A stretch of DNA of 63,718 nucleotides, counting the filler, from Candidatus Coatesbacteria bacterium (GTDB lineage: Bacteria; JAFGND01), in NCBI GenBank assembly GCA_016927185.1. It is 6 parts of 6 records of this genome, joined end to end, with 100 filler letters (N's around TTAATTAATTAA, not from the genome) between each part and the next. Parts side by side here need not be neighbours in the genome. Positions count along the whole stretch, not along the records: positions 16,170 to 32,945 come from JAFGND010000021.1; positions 33,046 to 38,443 come from JAFGND010000022.1; positions 38,544 to 48,223 come from JAFGND010000024.1; 3 more parts are not named here. The stretch is one strand, 5' to 3'. The translations under genes were made by a program, and so were the position numbers. Positions 29,072-38,967 of this stretch are shown here, piece by piece. How positions within the stretch are numbered: the first letter of the stretch is position 1; each line of letters starts with the position of its first letter. Below the pieces are notes generated by a model. The model was not told where the DNA came from. It ran no database searches and was given only the letters and a program-made list of their open reading frames with translations.

Positions 29072-29675
29072 GACTTTTTCGAAGTATCTGCCCCTCCATA
29101 AAACCGTTCAAGAGTCTTATCCTGTTTATTATAATTTGACAGTAATTTTCATTTATTTGCTTATGTATGTACTTCCTGTGATCCGGTTCTTCAACCATTA
29201 TATAATACAATTTCTGGAACAAGGACATGAAAAAACTATCTGGTCTTCCAAAATCAAATATGCCAAGCAAACCATCATCTTTCAAGCAATAAAGAAGATT
29301 ACTTATTATCGGTATCCATTCTTTCTCAGGTGTTTCATGAATAACGAAATTCAGAATTATCCTGTCAAAAAAGCATTTATATGCTTCTTCAGGTTTTTCA
29401 GAGAGTGATTTGAAAAATATTCTGCAGTTGTTATTCTGGATTGCCTCCTGTGCTTGCCCAAGCAGTATCTTGTCAGTATCCCATCCTTCTACATAACCAT
29501 CTTTCCCTGTTCTTTCAAGAATAAAGGGGATCATTCTTCCATATCCACATCCTGCATCAAGAACTCTCTGCCCAGTTCTGATATCAAGCAGCTTAATTAC
29601 CTTGCAAGTGTTCTTGATACCATTTACAGGATGATATTTAAGTGAAATCTTGTGATAGAAACTGCTTTTTATCAA
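29049..29675 (-). CDS. Class I SAM-dependent methyltransferase
   Basis: VLDAGCGYG motif I. Confidence 0.85.
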   Translation of the reverse strand: MIKSSFYHKISLKYHPVNGIKNTCKVIKLLDIRTGQRVLDAGCGYGRMIPFILERTGKDGYVEGWDTDKILLGQAQEAIQNNNCRIFFKSLSEKPEEAYKCFFDRIILNFVIHETPEKEWIPIISNLLYCLKDDGLLGIFDFGRPDSFFMSLFQKLYYIMVEEPDHRKYIHKQINENYCQIIINRIRLLNGFMEGQILRKSPIPRSSS

Positions 29676-29722
29676 GATTCATTCCTTAACTTTTAGTGAA
29701 AATGCAATGATTTTTCATCTAT

Positions 29723-30631
29723 TTAAAGCTCTTCGTTTTTATCAAACCACCTGAAACCTGATTTTTTCATTCCATCAAGAAAATAATCGTTTTCCCCTAT
29801 TATCATGTCAGCCCTGTAATGAAGACCAAAATATCTTTGCACTGGATTAATATACCCTCTTTGTTTTATGCTTTTTATGCAGTTGTCTGCAAAAGCTTCT
29901 CCATGAATAGCTTTGCAAACTTCATACATTGTTTCCATGTTGTCATCATTAATTGGTATCTTCTGTTCCTCATATTTCTCATTAAATGCTTTCAGAAGAT
30001 CTGAGTCAGACAATTCGTTATATTTCTCATTATGTACTATTGCACTCATAGCAAGCTTCCTTCTCGGTTCAGGATATTTGCTGGGATATCCCAGACACAG
30101 CAGCACCACAGGAAAGACTTTTTCTGGCAAGGAAAGCAGTTCTCTAAGCTCATCAAGAAGGCTTGTTATTGTACCTATATAAACCGATCCTAGCCCAAGA
30201 GAATCAGCAGCAGTACATATATTTTGCGCACTTATCAAAGTATCCTGAAATGAAATCCAGAAATGAATCATGGATCTATGGGCACTGAATGGAGCTTTTT
30301 CTAATACAGCCCATCTTTCAAGACGATGCCAGTCAATGCAGAACAGAAGATGAACAGGAGCTCTTGCCATGAATTCCTGCCCACACAGCTCGGCTATCCT
30401 TGCCCTGTTATCCCTTGATTGAATTTTTATTATGGAATATGGCTGTAGATTCCCTCCAGATGGAGTATGTATTCCTGCTTTCAGGATATATTTCTGTACA
30501 TCTTCCTCTATTTCCTTATCCTGGAAATTCCTGCAGCTTGCTCTTCTGTACAAAATCTTCAATACATCGTTCGGCACTTTTTCCTCATTCACTTTCTCGA
30601 ATATGCCATGATGCGATAAATTCTCATCCAT
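29723..30631 (-). CDS. Nitroreductase-family (NfrA/Frp-like) flavoprotein
   Basis: RRASCRNF, PSGGNLQPYS, AADSLGLGSVYIG. Confidence 0.9.
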   Translation of the reverse strand: MDENLSHHGIFEKVNEEKVPNDVLKILYRRASCRNFQDKEIEEDVQKYILKAGIHTPSGGNLQPYSIIKIQSRDNRARIAELCGQEFMARAPVHLLFCIDWHRLERWAVLEKAPFSAHRSMIHFWISFQDTLISAQNICTAADSLGLGSVYIGTITSLLDELRELLSLPEKVFPVVLLCLGYPSKYPEPRRKLAMSAIVHNEKYNELSDSDLLKAFNEKYEEQKIPINDDNMETMYEVCKAIHGEAFADNCIKSIKQRGYINPVQRYFGLHYRADMIIGENDYFLDGMKKSGFRWFDKNEEL

Positions 30632-32444
30632 TCTGCTTCTCCTTGATATCAGATTTCTTGTTTTTAATATATTCCCTGACTATATCTTCAAGCAAATCAA
30701 GAGGCATAGAACCATTCATGAGTATTGCGCTGTGAAATTCCTTTATATTGAAATTACTGCCAAGTTTCTTTTTTGCCATTTCCTTAAGCTCCGTTATTTT
30801 CAATTCTCCTATTTTGTAAGCACAAGCTTGTCCAGGCCAAACTGAATACCTATAAATTTCATATGGAGAACTCCATCCAAGATTTTCAATCATGTAACGA
30901 CTTGCTTCAGCAAAATTCCATCTCTTGTAATGAATACCAGTATCAACTACCAGCCTTACAGCTCGTATAAGTTCTGAATTAAGATAGCTGATCTTTTCAT
31001 AATCTGTCTTGAGCCAGCCATTCTCATAAGCAAGCTTTTCAGCATATAATGCCCAGCCTTCAATATAAGCAGTAAAAAAAGTAAGGCTTCTTGTTATATG
31101 AACCTTTTCTGATTCATTCTGCAATGCCAGTTGAAGATGATGACCTGGAATTGCTTCATGATATGTCAGTGTATTCATTCCTGGCTTGAAGGGAAAGGAA
31201 GCAGTATTTGCGTAAAAAATCCCTTCTGTTTTTCTGTCGAATGAAGGTCTCTGATAATATGTTCCAGCAGTTCCTTCCTTGTATTCAGGTACAGGAAGTA
31301 CAATTACCTTTGTTCTTGGAAGAATTGAAAAAAGATCAGGAAGCTTCTTTTCTGCATCCTTAATAATTGCTTGATAATCTTTCACCACTTCAGTCTTGCT
31401 TCCCTCATCATTATCATAGAAATAGTCTTTTCCGTACAATCCATTTACATGTTTCCAGTATATTTTCATCGTTTCAGGAAAAGTCAGTCCTTCCTGAAGA
31501 CCTAAATGTTTCACAATCTTAGTTATTTCGAGCTGTATCCTTGCAACTTCTTTCAGTCCGATATTATGTATCACTTCTTCAGAAAGCTTTGTTGATGTAT
31601 GGTTTTTGAGGCAGAACTTGTAGAAGTTTTCTCCATTCTTCAGTTTCCATACACCGAGGTTTTCGTCCGTACTTTTCTCTATCTCCTTGATTTCATTGCT
31701 GTATTTGTTGAAAGAAGGATATACACTCTCTCTTATTGCCTGGCTTGCTTTTAAAAGAATCATCTTTCTGGTTTCTTCATCTATCGTTGTTTTCTCCATT
31801 TTCTCTTCGAGACTTGTATACAATATATTCAATGAGGGATCAACGGATACGAATCTATCAACTTCTTTTCTTATAATCTCGCAAACCGGTTTAGATGGAA
31901 TGAACTTTCTTTTTTTCTGGATTTCAAGAAGATGAATAATCTGATCAAATCTCTTTTTGAATTTATCAAGCCTTTCAATATAACCTTCTGCATCCTGAAC
32001 TGTCTCAATTCTCACCTTCTCTGTCATAATTGTCACTAATTCATTGTGGGGGCTCAGAATATGATTGAGAATATATGAATGATACCTGTATTTTTCCTCT
32101 TCTATCTGAAGATCAAGAAAATACTTGAATATCTCTGCATTTATCCTTTGATCCTTGCTTGCCTTTTTCATATCTACCTTGCGGATCTTTTCTCTATATT
32201 TCCTTGCCAATGCATAAATCCTGTCCAGATTCTCTATTGAATAATCAGTGAAATCATTTCTGAGAGGTTTATTACCCATATTAGCACCAATTGAATTGTA
32301 AAGGGCAAAATCCGGATTAAGCTCAATATACTCTTTAAAGTAATCATCCATTATTTGATGTGCAGTTACATGCGAGTCGTGATATTTTCCAATCAAAGAC
32401 AACAAAAAAAGATAAAGCAATACATTTATCATCTTTTTTCCCAT
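30624..32444 (-). CDS. DUF885-family protein
   Basis: HEAIPGHHLQ, EGWALYAE, RAVRLVVDTGIH, PGQACAYKIG. Confidence 0.92.
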   Translation of the reverse strand: MGKKMINVLLYLFLLSLIGKYHDSHVTAHQIMDDYFKEYIELNPDFALYNSIGANMGNKPLRNDFTDYSIENLDRIYALARKYREKIRKVDMKKASKDQRINAEIFKYFLDLQIEEEKYRYHSYILNHILSPHNELVTIMTEKVRIETVQDAEGYIERLDKFKKRFDQIIHLLEIQKKRKFIPSKPVCEIIRKEVDRFVSVDPSLNILYTSLEEKMEKTTIDEETRKMILLKASQAIRESVYPSFNKYSNEIKEIEKSTDENLGVWKLKNGENFYKFCLKNHTSTKLSEEVIHNIGLKEVARIQLEITKIVKHLGLQEGLTFPETMKIYWKHVNGLYGKDYFYDNDEGSKTEVVKDYQAIIKDAEKKLPDLFSILPRTKVIVLPVPEYKEGTAGTYYQRPSFDRKTEGIFYANTASFPFKPGMNTLTYHEAIPGHHLQLALQNESEKVHITRSLTFFTAYIEGWALYAEKLAYENGWLKTDYEKISYLNSELIRAVRLVVDTGIHYKRWNFAEASRYMIENLGWSSPYEIYRYSVWPGQACAYKIGELKITELKEMAKKKLGSNFNIKEFHSAILMNGSMPLDLLEDIVREYIKNKKSDIKEKQNG

Positions 32445-32789
32445 ATATCCACCAATGGATATTCAAGCATTTTTAATGGTTCTCTTTATCCTGACTATAC
32501 TTCTGTCAAGAGAAAGTTGATGTTAGAATAATTTATGATATGTTTCCTGAAAACTGCTAAACAGCTAAGCTGATTTGTTTAAAGAACTCTTTAAAGAATA
32601 TTTGCCTGATAAATTACTTTTTATTTAAATAAAGCTTGACCAACTTCATATTGATTTCTTAAAGGATACTTTCTTTTGGCAAATACAGCTTTTATCATAT
32701 AGACTTGATGAGAAGAAAAAACTTGCTAATGGAATAAATATCAAAAAAGGAATATATTGTTTATAGTGGAAGAGAAATAAGGAGATGAA

Positions 32790-32945
32790 ATGAAAAGACA
32801 CAAATCGTATTTATTGGCTTTAGTAATAGTGATGGTTTTCCCTCTATTAACTTCTTTTAAATGGCAATACAAGTGGCTTCTTGTTGAAGGTATAACAGGA
32901 AGCAATGCATACAGCATACTTGAAGAAGGCAAGAAGGAGTTCAAG
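32790..32945 (+). CDS. 5' fragment of an exported hypothetical protein (cut by the gap)
   Basis: GGAG RBS, signal-peptide-like N-terminus, open to the contig end. Confidence 0.6.
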
Positions 32946-33045
32946 NNNNNNNNNNNNNNNNNNNNNNNNNNNNNNNNNNNNNNNNNNNNTTAATTAATTA
33001 ANNNNNNNNNNNNNNNNNNNNNNNNNNNNNNNNNNNNNNNNNNNN
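32946..33045. other. Artificial contig linker
   Basis: N/TTAATTAATTAA/N. Confidence 0.98.
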
Positions 33046-33046
33046 A

Positions 33047-33259
33047 TTCCTGAAAGATATTAGAAACTATAATCCTGACAAGAGGAATGAAATTTGCTTA
33101 GCTTGTGAGAAAAGGAATTCATGTAATATTTGTATAGCTCAATCATATATAGAAAACAGAGATATTTATGCACCTAGTAAAGCATCATGCCAACTAGCTA
33201 ATTGGACCAAGGAGGTTAAAGAGAATGAAAGAAAAGTACAGCAAGCCTCAAATCATTAA
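33047..33259 (+). CDS. C-terminal SPASM domain fragment of a radical SAM protein (5' part lost at the gap)
   Basis: Manual translation FLKDIRNYNPDKRNEICLACEKRNSCNICIAQSYIENRDIYAPSKASCQLA...* = Cx2Cx5Cx2Cx18C. Confidence 0.8.
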   Translation, partial: FLKDIRNYNPDKRNEICLACEKRNSCNICIAQSYIENRDIYAPSKASCQLANWTKEVKENERKVQQASNH

Positions 33260-33425
33260 CAAGAGTAAAATGAAGCTGGTATTTGCAGGATGTGATTTTG
33301 ATTCACCACATCAGCCATGCTCTCTTGGAGGGCCATGCTCTATTTATCCTGTCTGTCATACAAACGTGGTAGTATCTAATTGTCTTTCTGCAAACCCATG
33401 CGATCCAGGTGGTTATCTAACATAA
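33225..33425 (+). CDS. Putative RiPP precursor peptide (66 aa, YSKPQI leader, six-Cys core)
   Basis: AAGGAGG RBS; basic leader with YxxPxI; core C-x8-C-x5-C-x5-C-x8-C-x5-C; overlaps the SPASM gene end. Confidence 0.72.
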   Translation: MKEKYSKPQIINKSKMKLVFAGCDFDSPHQPCSLGGPCSIYPVCHTNVVVSNCLSANPCDPGGYLT

Positions 33426-33426
33426 G

Positions 33427-33786
33427 ATGAAAGAAAGTATTTTGAAAGTTTCAGGGAATTGCATGTTTCCTGTTTTATCTGAAGGAGATAGCATCATCTA
33501 TAAATATGATGCAGAACCAAGAATTGGTGATTTGATAGTATTTTTAAGGGATGGATTTCTTCAAATCCATAGAGTAATATTTACTTTACCAGGCGGCAAG
33601 ATATTTCAAAAAGCTGACAACCGTTTAAGAGGGAGCTGGATTAAAAAGAATCAAGTCCTTGGCATAGTATCTCACATAATTCAAGATAATAAGACAACAA
33701 CGATTTATAATAGAACAGAAAGATACAAAGGTATTTTAACCTGCCTTTTTATTTTTTCGAAAAGAATGCTTGACAAACTTATATAA
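33427..33786 (+). CDS. S24/S26-family peptidase-like protein (GNCM in place of GxSM)
   Basis: VSGNCMFPVLSEGD...IGDLIVF...IHRV...KADN. Confidence 0.75.
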   Translation: MKESILKVSGNCMFPVLSEGDSIIYKYDAEPRIGDLIVFLRDGFLQIHRVIFTLPGGKIFQKADNRLRGSWIKKNQVLGIVSHIIQDNKTTTIYNRTERYKGILTCLFIFSKRMLDKLI

Positions 33787-33798
33787 ATTATTTATTCT
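33770..33798 (+). promoter_or_regulatory. Sigma-70 promoter TTGACA-N17-TATTCT
   Basis: Near-consensus boxes upstream of the AAGGAGG RBS of the Kelch gene. Confidence 0.6.
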
Positions 33799-33824
33799 GT
33801 TTTAAAATATTAAGGAGGTTTACT

Positions 33825-34895
33825 ATGAGATTTATTATTTTATCTGTACTGGTGTTTTCTTTTTGCCTCTATGCAAAAAGTGGACCCTATAAAAAATCCA
33901 TGCTAAATCCTTATAGCTCCATTTCTGTAAAGGATAAGAATCTCGATTCCAATAAGAATATTGGATATTCCTGGGAACAAAAAACCCCATCTCCAACAGC
34001 TTTTGCAAGAGGTTCATTTGCATTAATAAACGGAAAATTCTATGTCTTTTCTAGAACAAATAATATAAGACATGCTTATGATTATTCAGCTAATTCCTGG
34101 ACAGAGGTTACAAATGATCCTGGACCAAATCTATATTCAACATTTGGAGATAATGGTACCAAATTATACTGCTGGGGTGGGGCAAATCCAATGACTGCAG
34201 TATTGAGGATATATGATACTACTTCAGACAAATGGGATAGTTTCTCTGATCCTCATCCATTTGGTTCATATATATATGCAGGAAGAGCTTTCCCTTTGGA
34301 TAGCAACAGAATGTTCATTATACCAGGATCCACTTCAACCACGATGGATGTAGCATCCAACAAGTGCTATATATATAATATTTCTACTGCTACTTATACT
34401 CAAGCACCAGATATGCCCTTCGCACTATATGGTTTTGCTGCAATAAAAGATGGTAATCAAATAGTTGTCCTGGGAGGAAAAAATACCGCTCAAGCCAGGA
34501 CAAAGTACTGCCTGATATATTACATCAGCAGTTCAACCTGGGTAAATCTTGCGGGTGCTTATTTACCTGAGGATACATGGCAGGGAGCTGTTGTAAAAAC
34601 TGGAAATAGCTATTATTATATAGGTGGAGGTAATGGAAATTCATCTGATCCTTGTTCAAACAAGGTATATAGATGGAATGGTTCAACCTGGGCACAAGAT
34701 ACAAATTTGCCTTATTATGGAGGAACGATTGCTGCTGTTTCTCCTGATAACAACAGAATATTGATTTTTGGTGGTCTGGGAAGCCCTTCCAATCCAAATA
34801 ATGGCTATCCACTTAACCTATGTTATATGTCTTCAAACACTGGAATAAGAAAACTTACATGGGGAGAAATAAAACAAACCTTCATAGATAAATAA
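33825..34895 (+). CDS. Secreted Kelch-repeat beta-propeller protein with C-terminal TWGEIK tail
   Basis: GG/Y/W Kelch pattern; signal peptide; TGIRKLTWGEIKQTF. Confidence 0.8.
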   Translation: MRFIILSVLVFSFCLYAKSGPYKKSMLNPYSSISVKDKNLDSNKNIGYSWEQKTPSPTAFARGSFALINGKFYVFSRTNNIRHAYDYSANSWTEVTNDPGPNLYSTFGDNGTKLYCWGGANPMTAVLRIYDTTSDKWDSFSDPHPFGSYIYAGRAFPLDSNRMFIIPGSTSTTMDVASNKCYIYNISTATYTQAPDMPFALYGFAAIKDGNQIVVLGGKNTAQARTKYCLIYYISSSTWVNLAGAYLPEDTWQGAVVKTGNSYYYIGGGNGNSSDPCSNKVYRWNGSTWAQDTNLPYYGGTIAAVSPDNNRILIFGGLGSPSNPNNGYPLNLCYMSSNTGIRKLTWGEIKQTFIDK

Positions 34896-34900
34896 GTAAT

Positions 34901-34927
34901 AAAAGGTGCTTTTAAAGCACCTTTTTT
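34901..34927. terminator. Bidirectional intrinsic terminator
   Basis: AAAAGGTGCTTT-T-AAAGCACCTTTTTT between convergent genes. Confidence 0.8.
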
Positions 34928-35570
34928 ATTTAATCTCTTTTCTTTTTTCCCTTCTCCACTTTTCTATTTCCTGAAAATTACCATTTAATAAAATCTGGGG
35001 TACTTCAAAGCCTCTAAAGACTCTAGGTCTTGTGTAATGTGGATAATCAGTCATTTCCGAAATATATGCATCTTCAAATATACTGCTGCTATTCTCTATA
35101 ACTCCCGGGATTAACCTTATAACAGTTTCAATCAAGGTAATGGCAGCGATCTCACCCCCTGAAAGAACAAATTTGCCTAATGAAAAAAATTCCGGATTCA
35201 ATATTTCCATTACTCTATTATCAATTCCTCTATACCTTCCACAGATTATCAATAAATGTTCTTCAAGAGAAAGCTCTATTGCATAATCCTGATCTAATAT
35301 TCTTCCAACAGGTGATGTTATCATTAATCTGGTATTCTCAAGTCTGAGATTTTCAACTGCAGAAACAATAGGTTCTGGTTTCATTATCATTCCATCCCCT
35401 CCACCATATGGATAATCATCTACTTGTTTATGGTTTCCTTCAGTGAAATCTCTAAGATCATGAGCAGCTAACTTTACCTTGCCTTTTTTTATTGATTGAT
35501 TTACTATCCCGAGTGAAAAGAATGGTTCAAAAAGCTTTGGGAAAATTGTTAAAACATCAATTATCATCAA
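34926..35570 (-). CDS. trmD: tRNA (guanine37-N1)-methyltransferase
   Basis: VDDYPYGGGDGM, ICGRY.GID, VLSGGE, PHYTRP. Confidence 0.96.
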   Translation of the reverse strand: MMIIDVLTIFPKLFEPFFSLGIVNQSIKKGKVKLAAHDLRDFTEGNHKQVDDYPYGGGDGMIMKPEPIVSAVENLRLENTRLMITSPVGRILDQDYAIELSLEEHLLIICGRYRGIDNRVMEILNPEFFSLGKFVLSGGEIAAITLIETVIRLIPGVIENSSSIFEDAYISEMTDYPHYTRPRVFRGFEVPQILLNGNFQEIEKWRREKRKEIK

Positions 35571-36580
35571 AAAAGCTCACCATAATTAGTTTCTATAAAA
35601 AGATTGAATTCCTCAGTAAAACATCCTTTTATCCATTCATAGTTATTCATGTACCATTCTATTGTTGTATCTATTCCTTCTTCCAGATCAATCTCGGGTT
35701 TCCAGTTGAATTCCTTCTTTATCTTATTGGAGTTCATGGCATATCTCTTATCGTGATTAATCCTGTCTTTAACAAATCTTATCAGACTTTCAGGCTTATT
35801 AAGTCTTTTTAGCAATATCCTTACAAGATCAATATTTGAAATTCCAATTCCAGTACTTACATTATAAATTTCCCCCGCCTTTCCTTTTTCAAGTAAAACC
35901 AGGATAGCCCTTATATTATCTTCTACATGAATTCTCTCCCTTATGTTACTTCCATTGCCATATACGGGCAGGTATTTGTTATTCATAGCTCTATATATCA
36001 TCAAAGGTATTTGCTTTTCAATGAACTGGTATGGACCATAATTATTACAACTTCTTGTTATAACAACAGGCAAATTGTAGGATCTAAAATATGATAAACA
36101 GATCAAGTCTGCAGAAGCTTTTGATATGGCATATGGATTAGATGGTTTCAGGCATGCTGCTTCATTAAGTCTGTGAGGATAGTCAACCGGACCATATACT
36201 TCATCTGTTGATATTTGAAGAAATTTCTTTATATTGAAATCATTTGATATTTGAAGTAGTATTTGTGTTCCAAGAATATTTGTTTTGATAAACTGGTCAC
36301 AACAAATCAGGGATTTATCTACATGTGTTTCTGCAGCAAAGTTTATAACTGCATCAAAATTCTCCTTGGAAAATATAGCTGTCAATAAATCACAATCAGT
36401 CAAATCTCCTTTTGTGAATTTGATATTGTCATTTACAAGAAGTGGAACCAGATTGCTTAATCTACCTGCATATGTCAGTTTATCATAACAATAGAAAAAA
36501 ATATCCTTATATCTGGGAACTGCATATTTCAAGAAATTAGTTCCAATAAAACCTGCTGCACCTGTTATTAAAATCTTCAT
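35567..36580 (-). CDS. rfbB: dTDP-glucose 4,6-dehydratase
   Basis: TGAAGFIG, DKLTYAG, AAETHVD, STDEVYG, NNYGPYQ. Confidence 0.94.
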   Translation of the reverse strand: MKILITGAAGFIGTNFLKYAVPRYKDIFFYCYDKLTYAGRLSNLVPLLVNDNIKFTKGDLTDCDLLTAIFSKENFDAVINFAAETHVDKSLICCDQFIKTNILGTQILLQISNDFNIKKFLQISTDEVYGPVDYPHRLNEAACLKPSNPYAISKASADLICLSYFRSYNLPVVITRSCNNYGPYQFIEKQIPLMIYRAMNNKYLPVYGNGSNIRERIHVEDNIRAILVLLEKGKAGEIYNVSTGIGISNIDLVRILLKRLNKPESLIRFVKDRINHDKRYAMNSNKIKKEFNWKPEIDLEEGIDTTIEWYMNNYEWIKGCFTEEFNLFIETNYGELF

Positions 36581-36589
36581 GCTGACAAT

Positions 36590-37246
36590 CTACTCCTGCT
36601 TAATTTTTGTTTTCCAGAAACTCTCAATTCCATTCTGCATTTTATAAGCAGATTCATAAATATTATCAGAAGAAAGAACGCTAGTTACAACAGCAAGAAT
36701 TCTTGCTCCTGCCTCAAGCAATATCTCCATATTTTCTTGTTTTATTCCACCCATAACTGTTATATGAGTATCTGTTTCTTTTAATGCTCTCTTTAACAAA
36801 TCTACACCAACCGGTCCATTTATATGCTTTTTTGTATTTGTCTTAAATATTGGTCCAATATTTATATAGCCCGGATTGCATGAAACTGCTTTTCTTACTT
36901 CATCAATACCGTGAGTTGAAATACCTAATATATGATCAGGCCATATCCTGCTTACTTGTTCAAAAGGAAAGTCATCTTGACCGAGATGAATTCCATCAGC
37001 ATCTACTGAAATAGCAATATCCAGATGATCATTCATAATGAAGCAAGATTTATATTTCAATGTTTCTTTTCGGTAATACTGGGCAACTTCATGTAATTCT
37101 CTTTTTGAAAGGTTTTTCTCTCTAAGCTGGATTAACTTCACACCAGCATCAAGCAAAGCAGGAAGAATTTCACTGTGTTTTTTCCCATTTGCAAATTCCT
37201 CAGTTACTACAACATAAAGTCCATATTCTGGTAATTTTGCTTTCAA
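36590..37246 (-). CDS. thiE: Thiamine-phosphate synthase
   Basis: QLREK, MND, DGIHLGQDD, GISTH, GPIF.T.TK. Confidence 0.93.
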   Translation of the reverse strand: MKAKLPEYGLYVVVTEEFANGKKHSEILPALLDAGVKLIQLREKNLSKRELHEVAQYYRKETLKYKSCFIMNDHLDIAISVDADGIHLGQDDFPFEQVSRIWPDHILGISTHGIDEVRKAVSCNPGYINIGPIFKTNTKKHINGPVGVDLLKRALKETDTHITVMGGIKQENMEILLEAGARILAVVTSVLSSDNIYESAYKMQNGIESFWKTKIKQE

Positions 37247-37444
37247 CTATCCACCTCCAACAATGCTTACTATCTCAAGAATATCATTGTCTTTTAACAT
37301 AATTTCGTTCCAGTTATCTTTTTTTATGATTTCTCCATTCAATTCAATAATAATATTCTGGGTAATTCCTAAACCAGATAACAGGTCTATTATTCCCATA
37401 TTTTTTTCGAATTCCTTTGTTTCACCATTTATCCTTAATAACAT
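37247..37444 (-). CDS. thiS: Sulfur carrier protein ThiS
   Basis: 65 aa, ING..., ends EIVSIVGGG. Confidence 0.93.
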   Translation of the reverse strand: MLLRINGETKEFEKNMGIIDLLSGLGITQNIIIELNGEIIKKDNWNEIMLKDNDILEIVSIVGGG

Positions 37445-38443
37445 TACTTTTTTCCTTCTGCTTTTTCTTTCAACAAAATTGCATCAGGCTTCTCTAGTTG
37501 ATTATAAATCAGTCTGATATCTGGTCTTTTTCTTTCTGCAAGTGAATATTTTTCCTTTATCTGCCTGATTCTAGTTATTGATTCATCAAGTCTTTCATGA
37601 GATATTTTTTCAGTCTTTATAGCATTGTATAGTGCATTATAGGATCTTTCCCAGTAATCATCGCCTTCGCAAATCAATAGAATATCTACTCCTGCATTAA
37701 AGGCTTTTACAATTGCATCTTCAAAGGAATAGTACTTCATCAAAGCATTCATGAGTATGTCATCAGTTATTATAAGCCCTTTGTAACCCCATTTCTTTCT
37801 CAAGATATTTGTAACGAATTCCTTTGATAATGATGCAGGAAGACTGTCTATTGTTTCTACTAATAAATGACCAATCATTAAACAATCAATTTTATCTTCT
37901 TTGATTAATTCTCTGAAAGGCATTAAATCTGTTTTTTTTAACTGATCCAGATTCCTTTTTATCCTGGGTAAATCTTTATGAGAATCAGTTGATGTACTTC
38001 CATGCCCAGGAAAGTGTTTGGGAACAGCTATCAGTTTCTTTTCTAAATGTCCTTCAATAAATTTCCTTCCATAACTTAGTACCACATCTGGATCAGAACT
38101 ATAACTTCTACTCTCTATTACTTTGTTTTTCTTATTCGTATATACATCCAAGACAGGTGCGAAATTCATGTTAATGCCAAGTGATAAAAGCTCATGAGCC
38201 ATGAATCTTGAACAATCCTTTATTTCGAATAAATCTAATTCCCTGCTTATCTGCTTCGCAGAAGGAAAATGGGTTATGCTATTCGAAAATCGATGAACTC
38301 TCCCCCCTTCATGATCAATTGCAATAAAAGGTGGAATATTATTATTTGCTTCTTCTGATAGATTTCTTAAGGAAGTTGTTAAATTGACGATTTGTTCAGG
38401 ATTGCTAAGATCCTTTGAAAATAAAACAAAATTCCCAATATGG
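37444..38443 (-). CDS. nagZ: Beta-N-acetylhexosaminidase (GH3), 5'-truncated at the gap
   Basis: Frame is open to the gap with IAIDHEGGRV; KHFPGHG...DSH; ITDD. Confidence 0.88.
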
Positions 38444-38543
38444 NNNNNNNNNNNNNNNNNNNNNNNNNNNNNNNNNNNNNNNNNNNNTTAATTAATTAAN
38501 NNNNNNNNNNNNNNNNNNNNNNNNNNNNNNNNNNNNNNNNNNN
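38444..38543. other. Artificial contig linker
   Basis: N/TTAATTAATTAA/N. Confidence 0.98.
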
Positions 38544-38728
38544 ATAATTGACCACCAAACTGCATAAAGTAATGTATTAAAAATGTACAATATAGCAAAC
38601 ACTCTATCTTCTATATATCACTTCTTCAACTGCCCAAGCATCTTTAAATAATAAAAAGTTTTATATTGACACAAAAAGTCTGGATTCATTCCTCTTCTTT
38701 ATAAAAGACTTAGGAAAAGGAGTAGACA

Positions 38729-38896
38729 ATGGCTTACAAGATTTCAAATGAATGCGTTTCTTGTGGTACTTGCATTTCAGAATGTCCAGTAGAAGCAATT
38801 TCAGAGGGTGAACCGTATGTCATAGATCCAGATAAATGCACAGATTGTGGATCTTGTGCTGCAGTATGCCCTGTTGAAGCGATTTCACAGGCATAA
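38729..38896 (+). CDS. fdx: 2[4Fe-4S] clostridial-type ferredoxin (55 aa; below the ORF-track cutoff)
   Basis: MAYKISNECVSCGTCISECPVEAISEGEPYVIDPDKCTDCGSCAAVCPVEAISQA*; AAGGAG RBS. Confidence 0.95.
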   Translation: MAYKISNECVSCGTCISECPVEAISEGEPYVIDPDKCTDCGSCAAVCPVEAISQA

Positions 38897-38910
38897 TTCA
38901 GAAGTAATTG

Positions 38911-38934
38911 AAACCCGCTTAAGCGGGTTTTTTT
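38911..38934 (+). terminator. Intrinsic terminator
   Basis: AAACCCGCTTAAGCGGGTTTTTTT. Confidence 0.85.
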
Positions 38935-38967
38935 ATTCAATTTTGTTAAACTAGCGAGAGGAGGGAT

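Noticed and set aside
27629-29675. B12 radical SAM plus methyltransferase as part of the RiPP cluster
   Set aside because: Different contig from the SPASM/precursor locus, convergent orientation, no precursor nearby
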